Below are positions 20,522-30,743 of a stretch of 64,000 nt of DNA, in pieces. The position numbers were made by a program, and so were the translations under genes. The DNA is taken from the NCBI GenBank assembly GCA_913045325.1, contig CAJWPZ010000006.1, positions 1,660 through 65,659 of the forward strand, written 5' to 3'. This DNA comes from an uncultured Flavobacteriaceae bacterium (GTDB lineage: Bacteria > Bacteroidota > Bacteroidia > Flavobacteriales > Flavobacteriaceae). Below the pieces are notes generated by a model. That model did no database searches. It was not told where the DNA came from and was given only the letters and a program-made list of their open reading frames with translations. Numbering within the stretch: the stretch's first letter is position 1; the number at the start of each line of letters is the position of its first letter.

Positions 20522-21013
20522 ATGGGAACTCACAAATTAGTGCTAGATGATGATTTTGCAGAAGATTTTTCTCTTATCGCTATCCATTGTAGTGAGGAGC
20601 CGTACAAGGTTGCCTATATTTTAAACCAATTTGCGCGTTTAAAACTGCGCCGTGAAAAATCAGATTTAGCCTACACAAGCAAAACAATGGTAATGTCATT
20701 TCCGCTTTTTGGATTTGAGGATCACGCACAATATACAGACTTTAGCTTAGTTGCAAATAAATGTAAATCTGCAATTACTAAAACAAACAACGCCGGGGGG
20801 CTCTTTGGAAATACCAAAGACAAAGAAACAGTAATTACATATCTTATTCCAGAACTAAAAAAAGTGGATTACTTTTTAAAAATACAAAGTGATTTTGACA
20901 ACCCAGGAACTAAAATGTTACTAAACGAAATCAACGATATAAAACAAATAATTTCTGCCTACTTAGTAGCGCCAGAGACCCTTAAATCAAAGGACAACTT
21001 AATATTTGACTAA
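20522..21013 (+). CDS. IPExxxVDY family protein
   Basis: LIPELKKVDYFL motif; its stop abuts the pyk start. Confidence 0.85.
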   Translation: MGTHKLVLDDDFAEDFSLIAIHCSEEPYKVAYILNQFARLKLRREKSDLAYTSKTMVMSFPLFGFEDHAQYTDFSLVANKCKSAITKTNNAGGLFGNTKDKETVITYLIPELKKVDYFLKIQSDFDNPGTKMLLNEINDIKQIISAYLVAPETLKSKDNLIFD

Positions 21014-22441
21014 ATGCCAAATCAAAAAAAGACTAAAATTGTAGCTACCCTAGGGCCTGCTACTGCAGATAAGAAAATTCTTAAACAAATGATTCTAGCT
21101 GGAGTTAATGTGTTTCGCGTTAATTTCTCACATGCAAATTATGACAATGTAAAAAAGGTCATTGCACTTATCAGGGAGCTAGGATTAGAGCTCAACACCT
21201 CTACTGCAATTCTTGCAGATTTACAAGGCCCTAAATTAAGGGTAGGTATGATGAAAGAGGAAGTGATTGTTCATCCTGGAGATGAAATTTCATTTTGCAC
21301 CGGAGAAGAATTTGAAGGAAACTCCAAAAGGGTGTACATGAATTACAGCAATTTCCCTAAAGATGTCAAAAAGGGGGAGCGCGTACTTCTTGATGACGGA
21401 AAATTAATGTTTGAAGTGCTCTCTACAGATGGTAAAGCTGAGGTAAAAACCAAAGTTATACAAGGAGGTCCTTTACGCTCTAGAAAGGGCGTTAATTTGC
21501 CAAACACTAACATCTCTTTACCTGCACTAACAACCAAAGACAAAGAAGATGCTGTTTTTGCAATTTCTCTTGAAGTAGATTGGATTGCACTTTCTTTTGT
21601 GCGCCATGCGGCAGATTTAAAAGAACTACAAGCTTTAATAAAGGCGAATAGTAAATATAAAATTCCAATCATAGCGAAGATAGAAAAACCAGAAGCAGTC
21701 GCTAATATTGATAAAATTGTTGCCCATTGTGATGGCCTAATGGTTGCACGTGGTGATCTAGGAGTTGAAGTTCCTGCAGAGGAGGTACCACTGATTCAAA
21801 AAGAATTGGTTCTTATTGCTAAAAAGGCAAGGATTCCTGTTATTATTGCCACCCAAATGATGGAAACAATGATTTCATCTCTCACCCCAACTAGGGCAGA
21901 GGTCAATGATGTTGCAAACTCAATTATGGACGGAGCAGATGCTGTAATGCTAAGTGGAGAAACCTCGGTAGGTAAATATCCTGTGGAAGTAATTCAAAAA
22001 ATGGCCAGTATATGTAAGCAGGTAGAAAACTCGTCTCTAATCTCTGTGCCACATGAGCCACCTCACGTTAGGACCGACCGTTACATCACAAAATCAATTT
22101 GTTATCATGCAGCCAATATGGCTAATGAAATTAATGCAACAGCTATTTGTACCCTAACCAATAGTGGGTATACTGCATTTCAGATATCTGCATGGAGACC
22201 AGATGCGCATATCTTAGTATTTACCAATAACCGTAGAATACTATCAAGATTAAACTTGTTGTGGGGCGTAAAATCTTTTTACTATGACAAATATGAAAGT
22301 ACAGATCAAACCGTAGAAGACGTCAATAAAATTGCACACAAAACAGGGTTTGTGGCAAAAGGAGATCACCTAATTAACTTAGCTGCAATGCCAATAGTAG
22401 ATAAAGGTATGGTAAACACACTTCGTGTCTCTAAGGTATAA
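21014..22441 (+). CDS. pyk: Pyruvate kinase
   Basis: TKIVATLGPA, RVNFSH, DLQGPKLR, IAKIEK, MVARGDLGVE and MLSGET. Confidence 0.98.
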   Translation: MPNQKKTKIVATLGPATADKKILKQMILAGVNVFRVNFSHANYDNVKKVIALIRELGLELNTSTAILADLQGPKLRVGMMKEEVIVHPGDEISFCTGEEFEGNSKRVYMNYSNFPKDVKKGERVLLDDGKLMFEVLSTDGKAEVKTKVIQGGPLRSRKGVNLPNTNISLPALTTKDKEDAVFAISLEVDWIALSFVRHAADLKELQALIKANSKYKIPIIAKIEKPEAVANIDKIVAHCDGLMVARGDLGVEVPAEEVPLIQKELVLIAKKARIPVIIATQMMETMISSLTPTRAEVNDVANSIMDGADAVMLSGETSVGKYPVEVIQKMASICKQVENSSLISVPHEPPHVRTDRYITKSICYHAANMANEINATAICTLTNSGYTAFQISAWRPDAHILVFTNNRRILSRLNLLWGVKSFYYDKYESTDQTVEDVNKIAHKTGFVAKGDHLINLAAMPIVDKGMVNTLRVSKV

Positions 22442-22460
22442 TATCCCTATTATCCTCTAG

Positions 22461-22496
22461 AAAAAGCCCCTTAAAAATTATTTTAAGGGGCTTTTT
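22461..22496. terminator. Bidirectional intrinsic terminator between pyk and the SH3 gene
   Basis: AAAAAGCCCCTTAAAA-ATTA-TTTTAAGGGGCTTTTT perfect inverted repeat between convergent genes. Confidence 0.85.
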
Positions 22497-22516
22497 ACTG
22501 TTTAGCTATACTGGGT

Positions 22517-23281
22517 TTACTGTATGGTATACTGTTGTTGTATTCTCATCATACCCTCTTGCTTACTAACACTAAGGCGCTGCTTAGAGTTACTAGTGGT
22601 GTAATTGTACACAATTTCAACAAGAACATTATCCAATCGCGTAACGTGAAGCTCGCTTACCAAGGCGCCTAATGGCATGTTTGGGTTACTTATCACTTGA
22701 GCGTCTCTCCCTTGGGGATCTGGCATAGCAAAGTCTCTTGGGATACCATATAATTTTTGAGCAATCAAGTAAGCTTCGTGCCATTTTGTAGTAGGTATTA
22801 AAAGTGTTTCTGTACTACTGGGCTCACTGGCTGTGCCTCCAACAAGCTCTGTAATACTTGCTGTAGGGTGCGTATTTTTCAAATCAGCAATATACATTTT
22901 TGGGTTTGCCCCTGGCTCTGGTGGAAAGAGATCAGACAAATATCCACTAAATGCAAATCCTGTTTTATTGTTATACAACACCTGATGCATCCCTCCTTTA
23001 ACACCTCTAATATTCATGGTGTTATTTGCCTCCAAAGACACAACTTCAACTTTAGTTCCGTAAGGCATCACTGCCAGCTTTTGGCTCTTTAAATTGTTGT
23101 ACTCTCTTAAAGACAGGCCGCTTGCTGCGGTTACATAAAATGAAGTTGTTTTTTTCTCAACAGGGGGTTGATTGCTTGTTTGTGTAAGTGCAATTTCTGT
23201 TTGTTGGGGCAATTTCTCTTCACAAGATGTAAAAAGTGTGATTGCAGTGAGTGCGGCAATGGCAAGAGCTTTGGTTTTCAT
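22517..23281 (-). CDS. SH3b domain lipoprotein
   Basis: FTSC lipobox; YVTAASGLSLRE...MPYGTKV...GFAFSGYL SH3b pattern. Confidence 0.75.
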   Translation of the reverse strand: MKTKALAIAALTAITLFTSCEEKLPQQTEIALTQTSNQPPVEKKTTSFYVTAASGLSLREYNNLKSQKLAVMPYGTKVEVVSLEANNTMNIRGVKGGMHQVLYNNKTGFAFSGYLSDLFPPEPGANPKMYIADLKNTHPTASITELVGGTASEPSSTETLLIPTTKWHEAYLIAQKLYGIPRDFAMPDPQGRDAQVISNPNMPLGALVSELHVTRLDNVLVEIVYNYTTSNSKQRLSVSKQEGMMRIQQQYTIQ

Positions 23282-23397
23282 AAGAGTTGTGTTTTAAATT
23301 TGAAGTAAAGCTATTGCCATAAAGAGTTTTTTATAAGAAGTGGAGTGTTAGTATATATAACTATTCTTTATTTGGGTTTATTGCACCAACTGTTGTT

Positions 23398-24504
23398 TTA
23401 AAATTCAAATTTCATTTGAACATCGTATTTTTTTTCTTCTTTGAGGCTTAGTTTTTGCTTATTTTCATTGTTGAGCCCAGACAATGAAATACCTAATAAC
23501 CGAACCGAGTTTTTCATTTTTTCTTGGTACAACAATTCTGTAATGTGTTCCATTATTAGCTCCTCACTTGCAATATAAAAAGGCAGGGTTTTGCTGCGAG
23601 TTTGTAAGGTAAAATCACTGTATTTTATTTTCAAAGTAATCGTTTTTCCTGCTACTTTGTTTTTTTTTAGGCGGCGCTCAACCTCTTGTGCGATGTGTTG
23701 TAAACGCTCAAGCATATACAACTCGCTTGATATGTTTTCTCCAAATGTACGCTCTGCAGCCAATGATTTTCTAGTACGCTGCGGGCTTACTTTACTTGGG
23801 TGTATGCCTCGTACGATATTAAAATAATAAGGACCACTTTTGCCGAAATTTTCAGTTAAAAACTCCAGCGATTTTGTCTTTAAATCACTGCCAGTGTAAA
23901 TCCCCAGGCGGTACATTTTCTCTTTCATTACCTTACCAACTCCATAAAACTTTTTGATATCTAAAGCTGCTATAAAATCTAGGACCTGTTCTGGAGAAAC
24001 AGTTTTTTGACCATTAGGCTTGTTGTAATCACTGGCAATTTTTGCCACAAATTTATTGATAGAGATTCCTGCGCTGGCATGTAATCCTGTTTTTTGATAA
24101 ATCTTCTCCCGTATTTCTTGGGCTATTACTGTGGCACTAGGGTTCCCTTTTTTGTTTTGGGTAACATCTAGATAAGCCTCGTCTAAAGAGAGTGGTTCTA
24201 CTAAATCTGTGTATTCAAAAAAAACACTGCGTACTGTATCAGAGATCTCTTTATAGCGGTCAAAATCTGTTTTAACAAAAATAAGATGCGGGCACAACTT
24301 AAGGGCCAAAGCCCCGGCCATTGCAGAGCGCACCCCAAATTTTCTAGCCTGGTAACTTGCTGCGCTTACCACGCCTCTTTTGCCACCACCACCCACTGCA
24401 ATTGCTTTGCCAACCAATGACGGGTCATCAAGTTGCGCAACACTCGCATAAAAGGCGTCCATGTCTACATGAATAATCTTTCTGATATCAATGGGGGTAT
24501 GCAT
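23398..24504 (-). CDS. dinB: DNA polymerase IV
   Basis: IIHVDMDAFYASV, SLDEAYLD, AKIASDYNKPNG and GVGK. Confidence 0.97.
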   Translation of the reverse strand: MHTPIDIRKIIHVDMDAFYASVAQLDDPSLVGKAIAVGGGGKRGVVSAASYQARKFGVRSAMAGALALKLCPHLIFVKTDFDRYKEISDTVRSVFFEYTDLVEPLSLDEAYLDVTQNKKGNPSATVIAQEIREKIYQKTGLHASAGISINKFVAKIASDYNKPNGQKTVSPEQVLDFIAALDIKKFYGVGKVMKEKMYRLGIYTGSDLKTKSLEFLTENFGKSGPYYFNIVRGIHPSKVSPQRTRKSLAAERTFGENISSELYMLERLQHIAQEVERRLKKNKVAGKTITLKIKYSDFTLQTRSKTLPFYIASEELIMEHITELLYQEKMKNSVRLLGISLSGLNNENKQKLSLKEEKKYDVQMKFEF

Positions 24505-24647
24505 AGGGTAAAGTTACTATCTTTAAATCACAAATATTATCAACCTAGAACAAATTACTAATGCCTTTTAAAAGAGATTCGTTGAGGTATTGTTTTTTTA
24601 GTGAACCACATAAAAAAACCAAGCTCTAGGTATTACAAAAATAAATC

Positions 24648-25115
24648 ATGCAAGAAATAGAACGCAAATTCTTAGTTAAAAACGACACTTATAAAGCACA
24701 GGCAATGAGTCATAAAAGAATTATTCAGGGCTATTTAAGCGCGCATCCGCAGCGTACGGTTCGGGTTCGGGTGATGGGAGAAAAAGGCTTTTTAACCATT
24801 AAAGGAAAGTCTAACAAAACGGGCACCACCCGTTTTGAATGGGAAAAAGAAATCCCCTTGTTTGAGGCGCAAAGTTTACTTAGTCTTTGTGAGGAGCCTA
24901 TTATTGATAAAATTAGATACCAGGTGCCTGTGGCAAATCATGTATTTGAAGTAGATGTTTTTGCTGCAAATAATGCAGGTCTTGTAATTGCTGAGGTAGA
25001 GCTTGCTCATGAACTAGAAAATTACACGAGCCCAGATTGGCTTGGAAAAGAGGTTACTGGAGAGCTCAAGTATTATAATTCTAAGCTTAGCCAAAAACCT
25101 TATAAAGAGTGGTAA
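24648..25115 (+). CDS. CYTH domain protein (triphosphate tunnel metalloenzyme)
   Basis: EIERKFLV, RVRV, LTIKG, RFEWE and AEVEL. Confidence 0.92.
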   Translation: MQEIERKFLVKNDTYKAQAMSHKRIIQGYLSAHPQRTVRVRVMGEKGFLTIKGKSNKTGTTRFEWEKEIPLFEAQSLLSLCEEPIIDKIRYQVPVANHVFEVDVFAANNAGLVIAEVELAHELENYTSPDWLGKEVTGELKYYNSKLSQKPYKEW

Positions 25116-25161
25116 ATACTTTTTAACTCTTGACCGGATTAAACGTGCATTAATTAAAAAA

Positions 25162-25875
25162 CTAAGAGTGCTGGGCTATCAGCGCAATGATTTCTGCAAT
25201 AGTTTGTTGATCACTACTGCCTTCAACCCCTTGAGAAAAGCTAACAGCAGCGTCGCCTGTTATAGCAGGCGTATTTTTTAGGGCCGAAAAATGAACCATT
25301 TTAAAACCGGCCTCTTTAAATGAAATTACATTGGTTTTGTTAATCCCGCTTCCGGGCATAATTTGTAGTTTCTTGGCCTTATTTTTTAATTGTTTTAAAA
25401 GCTGTATGCCGTCTATGGCCCTTGGCTGTTGTCCAGAAGATAGAATTCTAGTCACCCCTAGGGCCTCCAAATCTTCAATCGCTTTATAAGGATCTACAGC
25501 CACATCAAAGGCTCTGTGAAAGGTAAATTCTAGGTTTTTTGAAGCTTCCACTAGCTCTTGGGTGGCTTGGATATTTACCTGATTATAAGAATCTAGCACC
25601 CCAGCTACAACACCTTGACAGCCTATAGATTGGCAAAAAGCAATGTCTCGTTTTATAATATCAAGCTCCTGATGGGTATAGCTGAAATTACCTGCTCTAG
25701 GACGAACGAGCACATGCACTGCAATATCAAGTTCTTTGACTACCTTCTCAATACACCCATAAGACGGCGTAAGACCGCCAACACTTAGTTGAGTGCATAG
25801 CTCTACTCTATGAGCGCCTGCGTCTTGAGCAGCCTTAGCAGAGGCAAAAGAATTGGCGCAAATTTCTATAATCAT
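25162..25875 (-). CDS. cutC: Copper homeostasis protein CutC family
   Basis: IEICA, GGLTPS, RPRAGNF, TFHRAFD and RILSSG. Confidence 0.93.
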   Translation of the reverse strand: MIIEICANSFASAKAAQDAGAHRVELCTQLSVGGLTPSYGCIEKVVKELDIAVHVLVRPRAGNFSYTHQELDIIKRDIAFCQSIGCQGVVAGVLDSYNQVNIQATQELVEASKNLEFTFHRAFDVAVDPYKAIEDLEALGVTRILSSGQQPRAIDGIQLLKQLKNKAKKLQIMPGSGINKTNVISFKEAGFKMVHFSALKNTPAITGDAAVSFSQGVEGSSDQQTIAEIIALIAQHS

Positions 25876-25924
25876 CTACAACAGGGCTTTAATAATAACA
25901 AAGCTACCACAATTTAATGCTTTT

Positions 25925-27031
25925 TTATATCCATTGAAACAACTTTCCGGGCAAGGGTCTTACCAAAGATTTCATCTCTAATTTAAGTAAAAGCTGGGCA
26001 ACCTTATGGGTGGGCATTGCGCATCCAATAGCAATGGTGTCTAAAAGCACCTTGTCTTTATCTTTAAGAAAATTAAAAATTGTTTTTTCCTGCTCATCCA
26101 GAGTTGTAAATAACTGAGGTTGTAACTCAGGTTTTTGAATTTCGTCAAGATCCCATCCAAGATGATACACCAAATCTGCGGCGCTGGTGATAATACTTGC
26201 TTGATGGGTTTTAATAAGCATATTACACCCCTCGCTCTGGGTATCTGTAGCTCTGCCAGGGACAGCAAAAACATCTCTAGAATAACTGTTGGCAATATCT
26301 GCGGTAACCAAACTACCGCCTTTGGCCGCAGATTCAACAACTATGGTGGCCTGGCTCATCCCTGCAATAATTCTATTTCGTTTTAAAAAATTATTTCTAT
26401 TAAAGGCGTCACTAGACCAAAACTCACTAATAAACCCGCCATTTTGTGCCACCTTGGACATATACTTTTGATGTGCTTTTGGATATATTTTATTCATGCC
26501 GTGAGCCAAACAAGCAATGTTTTGTAAGCCGTTTGCAATGGCCGATTTATGAGCACAAATATCTATCCCGTAAGCAAAGCCAGAGACAATGACCGGGTTA
26601 AGGGGGGCAAGCTCGGCTATCAACTTTTCACAAAATGAAATTCCGTAGGTAGTAATTTTTCTAGTTCCTACAATGCTAATTATTTTTTTATTTTCAAGAT
26701 CAATGTTCCCTCTCTGAAAAAACAAAATAGGACCATCCAAACAGTGTTTTAGTTTTTCTGGGTATTTCGGATCTTTAAAATAACGATACGATAGGTTCTC
26801 AGATGCTATAAAATCTAATTCCTCCCTTGCCAAATCTAATAGATTTTTTTGCTGGAGTTGTTTTACTTTAAAACCTCCAATACCATGAATTTTAAGAAGG
26901 TTTGAAGGCTTCTCTTTAAAAACCCCCTCGGCAGAACCTACATGGTGTAATAATTTTTTGGCAGAGGTGTCTCCCAAATTTGGTGTGCGCTGTAGCGCTA
27001 AGGTGTAAAGTAATTCTGTCTTAGAAAGCAT
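25925..27031 (-). CDS. dprA: DNA-processing protein DprA
   Basis: SIVGTR, VSGFAYGID, FLKRNRII, GGSLVTA and a C-terminal wHTH. Start moved to the ATG at 27031 because the upstream extension is low-complexity. Confidence 0.93.
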   Translation of the reverse strand: MLSKTELLYTLALQRTPNLGDTSAKKLLHHVGSAEGVFKEKPSNLLKIHGIGGFKVKQLQQKNLLDLAREELDFIASENLSYRYFKDPKYPEKLKHCLDGPILFFQRGNIDLENKKIISIVGTRKITTYGISFCEKLIAELAPLNPVIVSGFAYGIDICAHKSAIANGLQNIACLAHGMNKIYPKAHQKYMSKVAQNGGFISEFWSSDAFNRNNFLKRNRIIAGMSQATIVVESAAKGGSLVTADIANSYSRDVFAVPGRATDTQSEGCNMLIKTHQASIITSAADLVYHLGWDLDEIQKPELQPQLFTTLDEQEKTIFNFLKDKDKVLLDTIAIGCAMPTHKVAQLLLKLEMKSLVRPLPGKLFQWI

Positions 27032-27168
27032 AGTGTAGTGTTTGTAGAAGTAAACTTCTAGGGCTATGCTACACGGGGGAGAATGAGCAAGATACGTATT
27101 TTTTAGGTTGTTAATAAGTTGCTCAGAGGAGAAAAAAAAAGAAAACAAAAAAAAGCTATATTTGTTAT

Positions 27169-28107
27169 ATGCAACTCTCCCCTTACATAAAAGACTTACT
27201 CTATCGTTATGAATGTGTCATCATTCCTGGCTTTGGTGCTTTTTTAGCAAATTACACCTCAGCGAGTATCGATGCAGATTCTAGCACGTTTTATCCTCCC
27301 GGAAAAACCATATCTTTTAACAGGCAGCTGCAAACTAATGATGGTTTATTGGCAAATTATGTAGCCTCAGTAGAAGGAACATCCTATGAGTTGGCATTAC
27401 AAAAAATTAGAAATTTTACAGGTTCGTTATCTCTTAAGCTTTCTCAAGGCGAGCGTGTAACTTTAGATACCATCGGAGATTTCTCTCTAACTCCAGAAAA
27501 TAAAGTCCAGTTTTTACCCTGTGGGACAGAAAACTTTAACATCGCTTCTTTTGGCTTGTCTACCTTTATTTCTTCAGAGATTTTAAGAGACATCCAACAA
27601 GCGCAACTAGCATCAGGACAAGAAAATCCGGTGCTTGATACTCCAAACAAAGGTGTTGCGCCGTTTATAAAATACGCAGCCGTTGGTCTTATTGCACTTG
27701 CGGTTTCTGGATTAACGGGTTTAAAAATATATGAAGGCACTGTACAAGAGCATAATTTTGTACAAAAGCAAAAAGCCAACACCAAGCTAGAAAAACAAAT
27801 CCAGCAAGCTACTTTTAGCATTACAAGCCCTTTGCCAACACTTGAGGTTTCTGTAATAAAACAAACAGGTAAATATCATGTGGTTGCAGGTGCTTTTAGA
27901 GTAAAAGAAAATGCAGAGAGAAAAGTTGCCCAGCTTCACAAAAAAGGATTTGCGTCCATAAATCTAGGGGTTAATAAATACGGCTTGCACCAAGTTGTGT
28001 ATGCTAGTTATCAAAACAGATTAGAGGCCCTTAAAAACCTTCGTACCATTAAGGCTACCCAAAACAATGACGCCTGGTTACTAGTCAAAGAAATAGCACT
28101 CCATTAA
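27169..28107 (+). CDS. HU-like (HU-CCDC81-type) N-terminal domains + TM + SPOR domain protein
   Basis: YIKDLLYRYECVIIPGFGAF and NDGLL N-terminal motifs; one TM near residues 166-187; KYHVVAGAFRVKENAE SPOR motif. Confidence 0.8.
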   Translation: MQLSPYIKDLLYRYECVIIPGFGAFLANYTSASIDADSSTFYPPGKTISFNRQLQTNDGLLANYVASVEGTSYELALQKIRNFTGSLSLKLSQGERVTLDTIGDFSLTPENKVQFLPCGTENFNIASFGLSTFISSEILRDIQQAQLASGQENPVLDTPNKGVAPFIKYAAVGLIALAVSGLTGLKIYEGTVQEHNFVQKQKANTKLEKQIQQATFSITSPLPTLEVSVIKQTGKYHVVAGAFRVKENAERKVAQLHKKGFASINLGVNKYGLHQVVYASYQNRLEALKNLRTIKATQNNDAWLLVKEIALH

Positions 28108-28184
28108 ATAACAATTAGTCTTAATTGTAGCTAATATTTGCTGTTTTACTCTTTTTGATTTTATCTTTGCCAAAAACGATACCC

Positions 28185-28694
28185 ATGGAACCAAAGAACC
28201 CTAAAGATTCTTTTACAATTATCACAGACCTTGTACTACCAAGCGAGACCAACCCTATTGGTAATATGTTTGGTGGAGAACTCTTAGCGCGTATGGATCG
28301 TGCAGCAAGTATTGCAGCAAGAAGACATAGTCGTAGAATTGTAGTAACCGCCTCGGTAAATCATGTGGCTTTTAATAAGATGATTCCGCTGGGAAGCGTT
28401 GTCACTGTTGAGGCAAAAGTTTCTAGGGCCTTTAAAAGCTCTATGGAGGTGTTTATGGACGTCTGGATAGAGGATCGAGAGAGTGGCATCAGAAGCAAGG
28501 CAAATGAAGGAATCTACACCTTTGTTGCAGTTAACGAAATGGGAAATCCAATGCCGGTGCCGCCAATTGAGCCAGAAACTAAAATAGAAAAGCAACGCTT
28601 TGATGCGGCCCTTAGAAGAAAACAACTAAGCTTGTTATTGGCTGGTAAAATAGATCCTCAAGATGCTACAGAATTAAAAGCATTGTTTGAATAG
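28185..28694 (+). CDS. Acyl-CoA thioesterase (hotdog fold, YciA-like)
   Basis: ETNPIGNMFGGELLARMD and VVTASV. TATCTTTG at 28162-28169 favours the ATG at 28185 over the TTG at 28155. Confidence 0.92.
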   Translation: MEPKNPKDSFTIITDLVLPSETNPIGNMFGGELLARMDRAASIAARRHSRRIVVTASVNHVAFNKMIPLGSVVTVEAKVSRAFKSSMEVFMDVWIEDRESGIRSKANEGIYTFVAVNEMGNPMPVPPIEPETKIEKQRFDAALRRKQLSLLLAGKIDPQDATELKALFE

Positions 28695-28699
28695 CCCTA

Positions 28700-29941
28700 T
28701 TACATTTTATAAACCCAGTCTGCAGGGTTCATCTCTGTATCGTTTTTGTAAACCATAAATTTAATAACCGTTTGTTTTGTAACGGGATGTGTAAAGACCT
28801 TTCCTATGGGGTCTTTTGTGGATACCTTATCTCCTTTTTTTACGCTTATAGTGGCCAAATTATAATAAATAGTGATGTAATCTCCGTGCTGTATCATGAC
28901 CGCTTTATTTGCGTTTTTTAACTGTTGTATTTGTAGTATTTCTCCATTAAATACTGCGCGGGCCTGAGCGTTGGCATTGGTAGCAATTTCTACCCCATGA
29001 AAGGTTTGTGTTACGTTTGGAAACTGAGGGTGCTGCCTGGTTCCATATTTGTTAATAACAAGGCCTTGTTTAACGGGCCAAATTAATTTCCCTTTATTGT
29101 TTTTAAAATCTTTTGCGATTGCTGCTGCCTCTGGTGTTAAAGCAAAATTTGTGGCAGATGCAGTGGTGGTTTTAGATTTATTTGCTCTTGCCTTTTTATT
29201 TGCCGCAGCAATGGCATCACGAATCAACTTTTTAATTTGACCGTTAATTTTATTGGCCTTTTGTTGTTTGGCGCGTATTTGTTTGGTGAAGGTGCTCTCT
29301 TCTTTTTTTAGGGATGCAATAAGGGTTTGTTGCAATTGCTTCTCTTTTTTAAGTGTAGCTTTGGCCGCTGTATTTTCTAAAATTAACAAGTCTTTTTCCT
29401 TGCGCTGAGCAATTAGATCTACATTTAACTGTTGTAATAATACGGTCTTATTTTTAATACTTTCCCCTTGTTTTTTTCTGTGGTTGGCATATTGTTTCAT
29501 GTACTGAACACGTTTATATGCTTGCAGAAAATCTTTGCTAGACAATAAAAACAACACCCTACTTTGTTGTGATTTGCTTTTGTAGGATTTCTGGACCATA
29601 GCAGCATAGTCCTCTTTTAGTTTTTGAAGCTCATTTCTCAATAAAGAAATTTGGGTTAAATTTTCGTTGATTTTCCGAGTAAGTAAATTAGCCTGCTGGT
29701 TGGTAACCCGTATTAGTTTTTGCTGGGCTTTGATGCGCTGGTTTATATCTTCAACCTCAGAGAGCACTGTTTTTTTTACCCCACGAGTTTTAAACAGCAG
29801 GGTGTTTATTTTCTTGATGTCATTTAAAATACTTTCGCGCTGCTGTTCTAATTGCTGTTGTTTGTTTCCGGGTTGAGCTATGGCGCTAAAATTTCCGAAT
29901 AATAGCACTGAGAAAACCAATATGTAAAAACGTTTTTTCAT
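28700..29941 (-). CDS. Murein hydrolase activator EnvC family (coiled coil + degenerate M23/LytM)
   Basis: Signal peptide, long coiled coil, GKLIWPV...GVEI...IQHGDYITIY. Confidence 0.88.
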   Translation of the reverse strand: MKKRFYILVFSVLLFGNFSAIAQPGNKQQQLEQQRESILNDIKKINTLLFKTRGVKKTVLSEVEDINQRIKAQQKLIRVTNQQANLLTRKINENLTQISLLRNELQKLKEDYAAMVQKSYKSKSQQSRVLFLLSSKDFLQAYKRVQYMKQYANHRKKQGESIKNKTVLLQQLNVDLIAQRKEKDLLILENTAAKATLKKEKQLQQTLIASLKKEESTFTKQIRAKQQKANKINGQIKKLIRDAIAAANKKARANKSKTTTASATNFALTPEAAAIAKDFKNNKGKLIWPVKQGLVINKYGTRQHPQFPNVTQTFHGVEIATNANAQARAVFNGEILQIQQLKNANKAVMIQHGDYITIYYNLATISVKKGDKVSTKDPIGKVFTHPVTKQTVIKFMVYKNDTEMNPADWVYKM

Positions 29942-30739
29942 TTATTTAAAAGATCTCTGAGTATAGCCCTTTGGAATGGTGAAAGGAAAACCTATCGATA
30001 CGTTAAGATCTATTTTTTTATAGCGTATAAAAATACTTGTTTTTTGTTGCCCATCAAGAGCCAAAATACCCAGCTGTGTTGGGTAATAATCATCCTCTAT
30101 TTTTTGATACGGACCGTATTGCACAAGTAAATTTCTTTGAGCTTGTGGTTGTGAAATTTGCTCCTGATGCACCATAAAGTTATCTGGATTTAACAACATA
30201 GACAACATATAGTTAAGATTTTGTTTCTTGGGCGTGATCCGGTATTTTGAGGTTTGTGAGGCGCCAACAACAACAGTGGTCTTGCTCACTGTCTTAGGTT
30301 TTACATCTAAAATACTCTGGCCTAAAAGCATCCTTTGCACTTGATCAAAGTTAATTTGTGTTCCAAGCAAATCGCTAATGAGGCTAAAGTCTCCTTCAAA
30401 ATATGAATTACTTAAGGTTTCATAAAACTTTACACGCTCTGGTGTTATTAAAATTTTTGAAAGAGTAACTCCCAAGATAGAGGCCTTTATCCAAATAATA
30501 GCATCTTTCTCTATTCTAAGGCTTGTAGTAATGCTATGAGACTGCTGCGCAGATTGATACTTTACCTGCATTCTTGCTGCAAGGGTATTAAAGTCTTGAG
30601 AAGCTGCTTTGTGTGCGTTTAAAAGTTCTTTAGCGCCCAAGTTTTTATCTGCAATTACAGAGCCCTCAATAGATTTTGTAGACCCGCACCCAAGGGTAAG
30701 TACTAAAAGAGCAACTAAGGTAAAGTGTATTGGTTTCAT
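29942..30739 (-). CDS. DUF4292 family lipoprotein
   Basis: TLGC lipobox; LRIEKD.IWI...ITP and FPFTIPKGY; usual position between TPR and EnvC genes. Confidence 0.75.
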   Translation of the reverse strand: MKPIHFTLVALLVLTLGCGSTKSIEGSVIADKNLGAKELLNAHKAASQDFNTLAARMQVKYQSAQQSHSITTSLRIEKDAIIWIKASILGVTLSKILITPERVKFYETLSNSYFEGDFSLISDLLGTQINFDQVQRMLLGQSILDVKPKTVSKTTVVVGASQTSKYRITPKKQNLNYMLSMLLNPDNFMVHQEQISQPQAQRNLLVQYGPYQKIEDDYYPTQLGILALDGQQKTSIFIRYKKIDLNVSIGFPFTIPKGYTQRSFK

Positions 30740-30743
30740 AGTG

